Positions 29,895 through 38,890 of a stretch of DNA of 64,000 nucleotides are shown in pieces (positions within the stretch are counted from its first letter, which is position 1; the number at the start of each line of letters is the position of its first letter). The translations under genes and the position numbers were made by a program. Origin of the DNA: an uncultured Rhodospirillaceae bacterium (lineage in GTDB: Bacteria; Pseudomonadota; Alphaproteobacteria; Rhodospirillales; Magnetospirillaceae); contig CAZJFH010000014.1 in NCBI GenBank assembly GCA_964545205.1, positions 775-64,774 of the forward strand, given 5' to 3'. The notes under the pieces are model-generated. The model saw only the letters and a program-made list of their open reading frames with translations. It was not told where the DNA came from and did not search any database.

Positions 29895-32210
29895 TCAAGC
29901 CGCCACGGCCCGCGAGACGCGCATCAGCTCGGGGTCGTCCGCCGAGGCCTTGCTGTCGAACCCGAGCGCCGCGCACAACCGCAGCATCGGCGCGTTCTCG
30001 CGCAGCACCTCGCCGAACACCTCGCGCACGCCGGTGGCGGCGGCATGGTCGAGCACGCGGCGCATCAGCAGCGGCCCCAGGCCGAGCCCCTCCATGTCCG
30101 AGGCGACCATGATCGCGAACTCGCCGCGCTCGCGGTCGGCGTCGCAGGACAGGTGCGCGATGCCGTAGACCGGCGCCGCGCCCGGCCGTTGCGGGCCGGC
30201 GACCACGAACCCCATCTCGCGGCCGTAGTCGAGCTGGGTCAGCCGGGCGGCGGTCTGGTGCCCGAGTTCGCGCCGCGGCGCGAAGAATCGCAGGCGCACC
30301 GCCTCCGGCGTCAGATGGGCGAACATCGCCTCCAGCGCCGGTTCGTCCTCGGGCAGTACCGGGCGGACCAGCAGGGCGCGGCCGTCCGGCAGCGTCAGCG
30401 GCGCTTCCAGCTGGCGCGGATAGGGCCGGATCGCCAGGCGGGCGGCGGCGTCGCCGGTCCACCGCCGGATGTGCGCGATGGCGCCGCCGATCGCCAGCGT
30501 GCCGTCGGCGCGCAGGCGCGCGCCGTCCAGGCTCGCCAGTTCCGGCAGGTCGACCAGGATTTGCGCCAGCTTGACCAGCGCCGCGGCCATGCCGTCGCCG
30601 GCGGTTCCCGCCTGCGTCAGGGCGTCGGCGGCGAGGTGCAGGTTCAGCGGCGGCAGCGCCACCGTGCCCGGCGGCGTGCCCAGGCGCAGGACCGGGCCGA
30701 AACGGCCGTCCTCCTCGAGCCGGACGGGCAGGGCGGCGGGGCTCGCGGCATGGCGGGGGGCCAGCGCGAAGGCGCCCAGCAGCATGTCGAGCTCGTCTTC
30801 GCTCAACTGGTCGCGGCCCGCGGCCAGGGCGGCGTCGATCACCGCCCGCGCCGTTTCGGGGCGCGGGTCGAAATCGGCCGGCACCGACGGCGGCGTCTCG
30901 GTCAGCGCCTGCTGGTTGCGTCGGTATTCCATGATCTGCAGCAGTCCGCGGATCGCCTCCGCCGGCGTCGGGTAGGTGGGCAGATGGCGTTCCGCGAACA
31001 GGATGCGCGCGGCGTGCGCCGAGCGCTCGCCCAGCCAGCAGGTCAGCACGCAGCGCGCCGTCCCGGCCGCGATCTCCACCACCGCCTCGGCGGCGTCGAG
31101 CGGCGAGGCGGCCGCCGCCGGCCCGTGCAGCACCAGCAGCGCGTCGCCGCCGCGGTCGCCGGCCAGGATCTTGATCGCCTCGCCGTAGCGGCTGCCGCCG
31201 GCCTCGGGCCCGAGGTCGAGCGGCGCGAGGCTGCGCGGCGGCGGCTCGAGCGCGCGCAGGCGCGCCGCCATCGCGTCGGTCGGGCGGGCCAGTTCGGCGC
31301 CGGCGCCGAGGACGGCGTCGGCCGCGGCCATGCACAGCCCGGCGCCGTTGCCGACCACGAGCACGCGCGGGCTCGGTGCCGGCCGGGCCAGGGCCAGCGT
31401 CTCGGCGGCGCCGAACAGGTCGCCGAGGGTGCCGACCCGCAGCATCCCGGCGCGGCGGAAGGCGCCGTCCCAGGCGGCGTCGGCGGCGTCGTGCCGGCCG
31501 GGCCGATAGGCGATCACCGGCTTGTTGCGCGCGGCGGCGCGGGCGGCGGACAGGAAGCCGCGGGCATCGCGGACGTCGTCGACGTGCAGCAGGATCGCGC
31601 GGGTGCCGACGTCCATCGCCAGGTGGTCGAGCAGGTCGCCGACGGAAACCTCGTCGGCGCCGCCGGTGGTCGCCACCGCCGAGAAGCCGATGCCGCGGTC
31701 GTACGCCCAGTCGAGGATGGCGTCGACGACGCTGCCCGAGGTCGAGACCAGCGCCAGCCGGCCGGGGCGGGCGGGCGATGCCGCCAGGCTCGCGTTGAGC
31801 CCGATCTGCGGCGCCATCACCCCCAGGCTGCCGGGGCCGAGCAGGCGCACGCCGGCGCGGCGGGCCTGTTGGCGCCAGGACTCGTCGGCCGCCCCCGCCG
31901 CCTCGTCGCGCAACGCCAGCACCGCGTGGGCGCCGCGTTCCGCCGCCTCGACGATCAGCGCGCCGAGCCGCGCCGCCGGCGCCAGCACGACGCACAGTTC
32001 CGGGGCCAGCGGCAGCGCGGCCAGCGACGGATAGGCGAGCACGCCCTCGACGGCGCCGGCGGTGGCGCTGACCGGCAGGATCGGGCCGGCGAAGCCGCCG
32101 TCGAAGAGATTCCGGATCAGGACGTGGGCGCGGGCCGGCGCGGCGGATTCCTCGGTGACGAGCGCCACCGTCCGCGGGCGGAAAAAGGCTTCGAGATGAC
32201 GAACGGGCAT
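29895..32210 (-). CDS. bifunctional ADP-forming acyl-CoA synthetase-like / GNAT N-acetyltransferase (Pat-type protein acetyltransferase)
   Basis: The N-terminal CoA-binding/ligase-like region starts FFRPRTVALVTEE... The C-terminal GNAT block is ...GFVVAG...IAHLSCDADRERGEFAIMVASDMEGLGLGPLLMRRVLD. Confidence 0.8.
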   Translation of the reverse strand: MPVRHLEAFFRPRTVALVTEESAAPARAHVLIRNLFDGGFAGPILPVSATAGAVEGVLAYPSLAALPLAPELCVVLAPAARLGALIVEAAERGAHAVLALRDEAAGAADESWRQQARRAGVRLLGPGSLGVMAPQIGLNASLAASPARPGRLALVSTSGSVVDAILDWAYDRGIGFSAVATTGGADEVSVGDLLDHLAMDVGTRAILLHVDDVRDARGFLSAARAAARNKPVIAYRPGRHDAADAAWDGAFRRAGMLRVGTLGDLFGAAETLALARPAPSPRVLVVGNGAGLCMAAADAVLGAGAELARPTDAMAARLRALEPPPRSLAPLDLGPEAGGSRYGEAIKILAGDRGGDALLVLHGPAAAASPLDAAEAVVEIAAGTARCVLTCWLGERSAHAARILFAERHLPTYPTPAEAIRGLLQIMEYRRNQQALTETPPSVPADFDPRPETARAVIDAALAAGRDQLSEDELDMLLGAFALAPRHAASPAALPVRLEEDGRFGPVLRLGTPPGTVALPPLNLHLAADALTQAGTAGDGMAAALVKLAQILVDLPELASLDGARLRADGTLAIGGAIAHIRRWTGDAAARLAIRPYPRQLEAPLTLPDGRALLVRPVLPEDEPALEAMFAHLTPEAVRLRFFAPRRELGHQTAARLTQLDYGREMGFVVAGPQRPGAAPVYGIAHLSCDADRERGEFAIMVASDMEGLGLGPLLMRRVLDHAAATGVREVFGEVLRENAPMLRLCAALGFDSKASADDPELMRVSRAVAA

Positions 32211-32302
32211 GGCAGCCTCGCAGCCGTGACCGTTGAATGGTCTCGCCCAATTGGCGTACATGCAAACGCCGAGGGCGCAATGCAGGCTGGCGGGGGAAGC
32301 AT

Positions 32303-32557
32303 ATGGACGCGCAGGCGATCGAAAGCCGGGTTCTGGCCGCGCTGGCTCAGGCGGTGCCCGGCCTGAAGCTGGAGTCCGCGATCGCGCCCGAGGTGCCGTT
32401 CCGCGACCAGCTCGACATCGATTCCGTCGACTATCTCAACTTCGTGCTGGCGCTGGAGCGCGCGTTCGGCGTGCGGGTGCCCGAGGCCGACTGCCCGCGG
32501 CTCTCCACGCTGGGCGGCTGCGTGCGATTCCTGTCGGCGGCGACCGCCGGGCGCTGA
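32303..32557 (+). CDS. stand-alone acyl/peptidyl carrier protein-like protein
   Basis: The motif FRDQLDIDSVDYLNFVLALERAFGVRVPE matches the carrier-protein DxDS(L/V)D phosphopantetheine-attachment helix pattern. Confidence 0.65.
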   Translation: MDAQAIESRVLAALAQAVPGLKLESAIAPEVPFRDQLDIDSVDYLNFVLALERAFGVRVPEADCPRLSTLGGCVRFLSAATAGR

Positions 32558-32564
32558 CCGGCGC

Positions 32565-32999
32565 TCAGTGCATCGCCAGCCGGTCCATCACCCGGCGCGG
32601 CGGCACGCCCCAATCCTCGCGCATCGCCAGCAACGCCGCCTTTTCCGCCTGGATTTCGGCGGCCGTGCGGATGCCGAGCCGGCGGAACAGCGGCACCGGC
32701 GGGCACCAGCCCTGGACCGCGTGCTGCAGCAGGAAGCCGGTCACCACGGCCGGCAGGGCCAGCCAGCGGCGGTCGTGGAAGGCCCCCAGCGCGGTGCCGG
32801 CCAGCGCCAGCGCAGCGGCGTTGGCCTCCAGCACCCGCTCGACGTCCCATTCGCGGTCGAGTTCGTCGAGGCGGCGGTCGATCGCCGCCCGGTGGCCGGC
32901 CAGCCGTTCCAGCCGCAGCTCCATCTCCGCGCGGATGCGGCGGGTCTTCCAGCGGGCGCTGTGCTCGACGACGCGGGCCTCGGTGCGCGGCAGCATCAT
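32565..32999 (-). CDS. DUF2892 (YgaP-like membrane domain) protein
   Basis: The C-terminal half ...ALALAGTALGAFHDRRWLALPAVVTGFLLQHAVQGWCPPVPLFRRLG carries the GWCP motif typical of DUF2892. The start is trimmed to the MM at 32999, preceded by GGAGGA. Confidence 0.6.
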   Translation of the reverse strand: MMLPRTEARVVEHSARWKTRRIRAEMELRLERLAGHRAAIDRRLDELDREWDVERVLEANAAALALAGTALGAFHDRRWLALPAVVTGFLLQHAVQGWCPPVPLFRRLGIRTAAEIQAEKAALLAMREDWGVPPRRVMDRLAMH

Positions 33000-33134
33000 C
33001 TCCTCCGGTCGCGGTGGTCTCGCCGATGGCAACGCGCCGGGCCGGGCGCGGGTTCGCGGAATGACGAATCGCATCGACCGGGCGTCGGCGCCCATCTAAG
33101 GTCGGCGGTTCGGATCAGCGACCAGGAGCGGCAG

Positions 33135-33497
33135 ATGTCGAAGCTTTTCGTGATGTGCACCAACGCCGGCAACGACGCCGAGCGCGCCACCGTGGCGATG
33201 GTGATGGCGACCGCGGCGCAGGCGGCGGACGTCGAGGTGGTGATGGGCTTCCAGATCGAGGGCGTGCGCATCGTCGCCAAGGGCTACGCCGAGACGGTCG
33301 CCGCCGAGCCGTTCCCGCCGCTCAAGGACCTGCTCGACGCCTTCGTCGAGGCCGGCGGCAGGATGCTGGTCTGCGCGCCCTGCCTGCAGGCCCGCGGCAT
33401 CGACACCAAGACCGGCCTGATCGAGCAGGCCGTGGTGGTCGGCGCGGCGAGCTTCGTCCAGGAGATGATGGAAGCCGACAAGACGGTGGTGTACTGA
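33135..33497 (+). CDS. DsrE/DsrF-like family protein
   Basis: A small alpha/beta protein with MSKLFVMCTNAGNDAERATVAMVMA...MLVCAPCLQARG. Confidence 0.65.
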   Translation: MSKLFVMCTNAGNDAERATVAMVMATAAQAADVEVVMGFQIEGVRIVAKGYAETVAAEPFPPLKDLLDAFVEAGGRMLVCAPCLQARGIDTKTGLIEQAVVVGAASFVQEMMEADKTVVY

Positions 33498-33590
33498 GAC
33501 CGCCCGGAGCCCTGCGGCGATGCGGGTTGCGGATGCGGTAACGTAATACCCCACTTCCAACCCCCTTGATTTTTCAGGCGTTTTTCGCCG

Positions 33591-33618
33591 TTGACTTCGC
33601 CTGCGGATTCGGCATAAT
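33591..33618 (+). promoter_or_regulatory. sigma-70-like promoter for rplM-rpsI
   Basis: TTGACT (33591-33596), a 16-nt spacer, then CATAAT (33613-33618). T-rich UP-like tracts lie upstream. Confidence 0.5.
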
Positions 33619-33685
33619 CCGCGGCCTCGGATCGGGGGGTGTTTCGCGCCCTTCGCCATCTCAACGGCTTTACGCTACGGGTGCC

Positions 33686-34144
33686 ATGAAGACCTATTCC
33701 GCCAAGCCGTCCGAAGTCGAGAAGAAGTGGGTTCTGATCGACGCGGAAGGCCTCGTTCTCGGGCGGCTCGCCAGCATCGTCGCCATGCGGCTGCGCGGCA
33801 AGCACAAGCCCTCGTTCACGCCGCACATCGACTGCGGCGACAACGTCATCATCGTCAATGCCGAGAAGGTGCGGCTGACCGGCAACAAGCTGGTCCAGAA
33901 GCGCTTTTTCTGGCACACCGGCCATCCGGGCGGCATCAAGGACCGCACGATGGGCCAGCTCCTCGGCGGTCGCTACCCCGAGCGCGTCATCGTCAAGGCG
34001 GTCGAGCGCATGATCACCCGCGGGCCCCTCGGCCGCCAGCAGATGAAGAACCTGCGCGTCTATGCCGGCCCCAACCATCCGCACGAGGCCCAGCAGCCGG
34101 AAACGCTGGACGTCGCGGCGATGAACCCGAAGAACAAGAGGTAA
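33686..34144 (+). CDS. rplM: 50S ribosomal protein L13
   Basis: [30 protein letters not shown]... is canonical L13. Confidence 0.95.
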   Translation: MKTYSAKPSEVEKKWVLIDAEGLVLGRLASIVAMRLRGKHKPSFTPHIDCGDNVIIVNAEKVRLTGNKLVQKRFFWHTGHPGGIKDRTMGQLLGGRYPERVIVKAVERMITRGPLGRQQMKNLRVYAGPNHPHEAQQPETLDVAAMNPKNKR

Positions 34145-34147
34145 GAC

Positions 34148-34624
34148 ATGGCCGAGGAACTCAGGAGCCTCGCTGATCTGAAGAGCGTGGCGCCGCAGGC
34201 GCCGCAGGCTCCGAAGTACGAGCGCAAGGTCGACGCGCAGGGCCGTTCTTACGCAACGGGCAAGCGCAAGAACGCCGTCGCCCGCGTGTGGGTCAAGCCG
34301 GGCAACGGCAAGATCACCGTCAACGGCCGCGACATCGACGTGTATTTCGCCCGTCCGGTGCTGCGCATGATCATCAACCAGCCGTTCGGCGTCGCCAACC
34401 GCGTCGGCCAGTTCGACGTGGTCTGCACGGTGACCGGCGGCGGCCTGTCCGGCCAGGCCGGCGCCGTCCGCCACGGCATCAGCCGCGCGCTGACGCACTT
34501 CGAGCCCGACCTGCGGCCGGTGCTGAAGCGCGGCGGCTTCCTGACCCGCGATCCGCGCGTGGTCGAGCGCAAGAAGTACGGCAAGGCCAAGGCCCGCCGC
34601 AGCTTCCAGTTCTCGAAGCGCTGA
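34148..34624 (+). CDS. rpsI: 30S ribosomal protein S9
   Basis: ...[11 protein letters not shown]...[19 protein letters not shown]...[17 protein letters not shown] is canonical S9. Confidence 0.95.
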   Translation: MAEELRSLADLKSVAPQAPQAPKYERKVDAQGRSYATGKRKNAVARVWVKPGNGKITVNGRDIDVYFARPVLRMIINQPFGVANRVGQFDVVCTVTGGGLSGQAGAVRHGISRALTHFEPDLRPVLKRGGFLTRDPRVVERKKYGKAKARRSFQFSKR

Positions 34625-34648
34625 TCGGCCGCGTCACGGCACGGTTTT

Positions 34649-34689
34649 CGAGGGTCTGCCCGCCCGGGCAGGCCCTCGATGCGTTTTGG
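34649..34689 (+). terminator. rho-independent terminator after rpsI
   Basis: The GC-rich stem CGAGGGTCTGCCCG/CGGGCAGGCCCTCG is followed by ATGCGTTTTGG. Confidence 0.5.
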
Positions 34690-34777
34690 TGATGATGATT
34701 CTCGCGCAACGGTGACGAGCGTCACTTTCCGGCAGATAACGCCGCCGTACATTGATCCCAGGATCGAACGACAAGAA

Positions 34778-36070
34778 ATGTCGGCTGGGAGAAAATCGAT
34801 GTTCGGGAAGAAAAAATCCGCACAGGAGCCTCGGGAATTCAGGCGCAAGGCCGTCGATTTCGAGCGCGAGCTCGTCGACTATGCCCGCGCCGCCTGCGCC
34901 GGGCGCAAGAATGCGTCGGTCGTGGTGGCGAACATTTCCGGCAGCGGAAGCTGCAACTACGAGAACTACGTCTACGCGATCAACATGTTCCGCTCGCTGG
35001 TCGGGCGCTTCGAGGGCCGGCTGTTCATCCTCAAGAGCCGCGACCTCGTCTTCGCCTATCAGGGCGCGATCGGCGAGCCGGCGATCCGCGAAGCGGTCTC
35101 GAACATCCGGCTGCTGTTCGAGATTCCGGGCGTCCCGCGTCGGGGCGACTTCGCCGCCTGGTACGACCTCGAGCGCGACGACGAGGCGTTGCTGGCCTAT
35201 GCCGAGGCGCAGTGGCGCGCCCGCGCCGAGCGCGAGGGGGCTGTCGAGACCGCCGAGGACACCGATCCGACCGCCGGCACCTTCGGCCGCTTCGCCCGGT
35301 TCATGTCCGCCTTCGAGGCGGCCGAGCTGGCGCCGCTGTTGCGGCGGCAGCCGTTGTGCCGGATCGGCGGCGACGGCGTTCCGGCGCCGCTGCGCCACGA
35401 GGTCTACGTCTCGATCCCGGACCTCGAGCGCTCGGTGCCCGGCGCCGCCGGCCTGGGCAGCGACCGCCATCTGTTCCATTACGTCGCCCGCGCCCTCGAC
35501 CGGCGCGTCCTCGGCGCGGCGCGGGGCGAGCTGGAGCGGCTGCCGGCCGGCATCTCGCTCAACCTCAACATGGCGACGGTGTCGTCGCCGGACTGGTCGG
35601 AATGGGCCTGCGCCCTCGACGCCGGCGAGCGTAGTCGCATCGCGGTCGAGATCGCCTATTCCGACGCGATGTCCGACATCGGCATGTTCCTCGCCGTCCA
35701 GCGCAAGCTGAGTGGGTTGGGCATGACGCTGGTGCTCGACGGATTGCCGGCCGAGATGCTGGCCTTCATCAATCTCGACGTCATGCGGGTCGATCTGGTC
35801 AAGGTGGTCTGGGACGCCGAACTGGCCGACGCCGGCTCCGCCGCCGGGCTGATCGAGACCGTCGCCCGATGCGGCGCCGACAGGTTCGCGCTGTGCCGCT
35901 GCGACGGTCCGGAAGCGGTGCGGTTCGGCCGCGCCCTCGGCATCGGCCTGTTCCAGGGCCGCCATATCGACCGGCTGCTGGCGGGCGAGCCGGAACCGGC
36001 CGCGCGGCGCACCGTCTCGCCGCCGCGGCGGCCGATCGGGTCCGCGGGGACGCCGCTGGTCTGCCTCTGA
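34778..36070 (+). CDS. protein with a degenerate (probably catalytically inactive) EAL-like C-terminal domain and an unknown N-terminal domain
   Basis: The block order parallels EAL domains, but key residues are replaced. RRQPLCRI...HEVYVSI stands for QP...EALxR. ISLNLNM stands for NxS. IAVEIAYSD stands for ExTE. LVLDGLP stands for DDFG. VDLVKVV stands for KxD. RCDGPEA stands for EGVE. LFQGRH stands for QG. Confidence 0.55.
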   Translation: MSAGRKSMFGKKKSAQEPREFRRKAVDFERELVDYARAACAGRKNASVVVANISGSGSCNYENYVYAINMFRSLVGRFEGRLFILKSRDLVFAYQGAIGEPAIREAVSNIRLLFEIPGVPRRGDFAAWYDLERDDEALLAYAEAQWRARAEREGAVETAEDTDPTAGTFGRFARFMSAFEAAELAPLLRRQPLCRIGGDGVPAPLRHEVYVSIPDLERSVPGAAGLGSDRHLFHYVARALDRRVLGAARGELERLPAGISLNLNMATVSSPDWSEWACALDAGERSRIAVEIAYSDAMSDIGMFLAVQRKLSGLGMTLVLDGLPAEMLAFINLDVMRVDLVKVVWDAELADAGSAAGLIETVARCGADRFALCRCDGPEAVRFGRALGIGLFQGRHIDRLLAGEPEPAARRTVSPPRRPIGSAGTPLVCL

Positions 36071-36098
36071 CGGCATCCGTGGCGGCGGCGGCGGAATT

Positions 36099-37028
36099 GT
36101 GCTAGACCGCAGCACCGCCGCCATCCCGCCAATCGAGTCCCGCGTGTCGCCGTCGCTGCCCCTGTCCCGTTCCCTTCGCTACCGTGCCGAGGCGCTGGCC
36201 GCCCGCGGCCTGCTGGCCGGGCTCGGGCGCATGGACCTCGACACGGTCTCGGCGCTCGGCGGGCGGCTGGGGCGGATCGTCGGGCCGCGGCTGACCCGCC
36301 GCCAGGCGCTGGCGCGCCGGAATCTGAGCCTGGCGCTGCCGGAGGTCGATGCCGACGCCGTGCTGGCGGCGATGTGGGACAATCTGGGCCGCACCTTCTT
36401 CGAGATCGCCAAGATGCGCGGCCTCGAGGACGGCAAGGGGGCCGGCGTCGTCGAGATCCGCGGCGCCGAGCACCTGCGGGCGGCGCTGGCCGAGGGCCGC
36501 GGCGCCATCGGCTTCTCGGCCCATCTCGGCAATTGGGAGGTGCTGGCGGTGGCGCCGGCGCTGCTCGACTTCGATGCGGCGATGATGTACCGCAAGCCGA
36601 ACAATCCGGCGGTGCACGAGATGCTCAACGCCCTGCGGCCGGCACGCGTGACCTTCCTCGAGAAGGACCGCGCCGGCACGCTCGGCGCCTTCGCGACGCT
36701 GAAGGCCGGCGGATGCGTTGGACTTCTGGTCGATCATCGCTACAACAAGGGCGTCGAGGTCGATTTCTTCGGCCGGCCGGCCCGGGTGGCGCCGACGGCG
36801 GCGCTGATGGCCCGCAAGACCGCATGCCCGCTGCTGCCGTTGCGGGTCGAGCGGCTGGACGGCGCCAGATTCAGGATGACGATCGAGCCGCCGCTGGCCG
36901 TCGATCGCGACCTGCCGCCGGACGCCTTCGCGCAAACGGTGATGCAGGCGGCGATGAACAGGGTGGAGTGCTGGATCCGCGAGCGGCCGGCACAGTGGTT
37001 CTGGGTTCAGAGGCTTTGGGCGGATTGA
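36099..37028 (+). CDS. lysophospholipid/lipid A late acyltransferase family protein (LpxL/HtrB-like); exact start uncertain
   Basis: Contains ...FSAHLGNWEVLA... (the HxxxxE-type HLGNWE motif) and the overall LpxL-family layout. Confidence 0.75.
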   Translation: MLDRSTAAIPPIESRVSPSLPLSRSLRYRAEALAARGLLAGLGRMDLDTVSALGGRLGRIVGPRLTRRQALARRNLSLALPEVDADAVLAAMWDNLGRTFFEIAKMRGLEDGKGAGVVEIRGAEHLRAALAEGRGAIGFSAHLGNWEVLAVAPALLDFDAAMMYRKPNNPAVHEMLNALRPARVTFLEKDRAGTLGAFATLKAGGCVGLLVDHRYNKGVEVDFFGRPARVAPTAALMARKTACPLLPLRVERLDGARFRMTIEPPLAVDRDLPPDAFAQTVMQAAMNRVECWIRERPAQWFWVQRLWAD

Positions 37029-37038
37029 GGAGGACGAC

Positions 37039-38085
37039 ATGGGTTCGCAAAGCGTGCGCGTCGCCATTCTGGGGGCCAGCGGCTATACCGGGGCCGAGCT
37101 GGTGCGCCTGCTCGCCCGCCATCCCGCCGTCCGCATCGCCGCGCTGACCGCCGACCGCAAGGCCGGGCAGGCGATGGCGTCGGTGTTCCCCCACCTCGCC
37201 GCGGTGCCGCTGCCGGAGATGATCACCGTCGACCAGGTCGACTGGTCGGGCGTCGACTTCGTGTTCTGCGCCCTGCCGCACGGCACGACGCAGGAGATCG
37301 TCGCGGCGATCCCGGCGGGGCTGAAGGTGGTCGACCTGTCGGCCGACTTCCGCCTGCACGACCTCGACACCTACGCCCAATGGTACGGCCATGCCCACAA
37401 GGCGCCGGAGCTGCAGACCCGGGCGGTCTACGGCCTGACCGAGCTGTCGCGCGCGCAGGTGCGCGAGGCGCGGCTGGTCGCCAATCCCGGCTGCTATCCG
37501 ACGGCGGCGCAGTTGCCGCTGATCCCGCTGGTCGGCGCCGGCCTGATCGACGCCGGCGACATCGTCATCGACGCCAAGTCGGGCGTTTCCGGGGCCGGCC
37601 GCGCCGCCAAGGAGGGCAGCCTGTTCGCCGAGGTCGCCGAAGGCATCCACGCCTACGGCGTCGCCAGCCACCGCCACGCCCCCGAGATCGAGCAGGGCCT
37701 GAGCGCCGCCGCCGGGCGCCAGATCGTGGTCAACTTCACCCCGCACCTGATGCCGATGAGCCGCGGCATCCTGTGCTCGAGCTACGTCCGGCTGGCCGGC
37801 GGCGCCACCGCCGACGACCTGCACGCGACGCTGTCCGCGCGCTACGCCGGCGAGCCGTTCGTGCATGTGCTGCCCAAGGGCGTGGTGCCGCATACCCGCC
37901 ATGTGCGCGGCTCGAACTTCTGCCTGATCAACGTCTTCGCCGATCGGGTGCCGGGCCGCGCCATCGTGTTCTCGGTGATCGACAACCTGGTCAAGGGCGC
38001 CTCGGGCCAGGCGGTGCAGAATATGAACCTGATGCTGGACTTCGAGGAGACGCTAGGCCTCGAACAGCAGCCGATGTTCCCGTGA
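37039..38085 (+). CDS. argC: N-acetyl-gamma-glutamyl-phosphate reductase
   Basis: ILGASGYTGAELVRLL...NPGCYPT (active-site Cys)...VIDNLVKGASGQAVQNMN. Confidence 0.92.
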   Translation: MGSQSVRVAILGASGYTGAELVRLLARHPAVRIAALTADRKAGQAMASVFPHLAAVPLPEMITVDQVDWSGVDFVFCALPHGTTQEIVAAIPAGLKVVDLSADFRLHDLDTYAQWYGHAHKAPELQTRAVYGLTELSRAQVREARLVANPGCYPTAAQLPLIPLVGAGLIDAGDIVIDAKSGVSGAGRAAKEGSLFAEVAEGIHAYGVASHRHAPEIEQGLSAAAGRQIVVNFTPHLMPMSRGILCSSYVRLAGGATADDLHATLSARYAGEPFVHVLPKGVVPHTRHVRGSNFCLINVFADRVPGRAIVFSVIDNLVKGASGQAVQNMNLMLDFEETLGLEQQPMFP

Positions 38086-38099
38086 GCGCGGCGGGCGAG

Positions 38100-38861
38100 A
38101 TGGCTTCCGCCGAGCGCGACAGCGGCTACTTCCGCTGGCATCCGACGCCGAGCTTCCTGGCGCATCTGTTCAAGGGCGTGTTCAAGCAGCACCATCGCGA
38201 GGACGCCCCGGCGCTGCGCCGCGTCCTGTCCCGCGACGGCGTGGTCTTCGACGTCGGCGCCCATGCCGGCCAGTACGCCAAGCTGTTCGGCGCCCATGTG
38301 CCCGAAGGCCAGGTGTTCGCGTTCGAGCCGGGCAGCTACGTCCGCTCGATCCTGCGCGTGGTGCTGTGGGCCAACCGCTGCCGCAACGTGACCGTGGTTC
38401 CGGTCGGGCTGGGCAGCCGCATGGGCATCGAGACCCTGAGCATGCCGGTCAAGCGGCGCGGCAGCTTCGGCTACGGCCTGTCGCATTTCGGCCAGGGCGA
38501 CGACGGCCGCGCCGTCGTGCGCGACATCGCCTTCAGCGTGCCGCTGGACGCGATGGCCGAGGCGCTGGGCATCGCGCGGCTCGATCTGATCAAGGCCGAC
38601 ATCGAGGGCTGGGAGCTGCGCATGATCGAGGGCGCCGCCGGCGCCATCGCGCGGTTCCGTCCGGTCATGATGCTCGAGCTGGAAGACAAGTTCCTGCGCC
38701 GCGCCGGCGACAGCCTCGAGGCCGCCCACGCCAGGCTGGCCGGGCTCGGCTACGTGCCGGCGGTCTGGCGCGACGACCAGTTCCGCCGCGCCGAAGGCGG
38801 CGAGCCGACCGAGTGGTGGTTTCCCGAGGACCGCCTCGGCGACCTGCTCGGGCGGCGATAG
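38100..38861 (+). CDS. FkbM-family methyltransferase
   Basis: VVFDVGAHAGQYAKLF...VFAFEPG...LIKADIEGWE is the typical FkbM pattern. Confidence 0.8.
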   Translation: MASAERDSGYFRWHPTPSFLAHLFKGVFKQHHREDAPALRRVLSRDGVVFDVGAHAGQYAKLFGAHVPEGQVFAFEPGSYVRSILRVVLWANRCRNVTVVPVGLGSRMGIETLSMPVKRRGSFGYGLSHFGQGDDGRAVVRDIAFSVPLDAMAEALGIARLDLIKADIEGWELRMIEGAAGAIARFRPVMMLELEDKFLRRAGDSLEAAHARLAGLGYVPAVWRDDQFRRAEGGEPTEWWFPEDRLGDLLGRR

Positions 38862-38890
38862 TCACACGCAGAGAAAGGGAAAGCCCCGCG

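Noticed and set aside
29602-32366. An 892-aa minus-strand ORF and an 828-aa plus-strand ORF overlapping the Pat-like gene
   Set aside because: Only the 29895-32210 frame shows ligase-like and GNAT motifs. The other two frames give Arg/Pro/Gly-rich low-complexity sequence.
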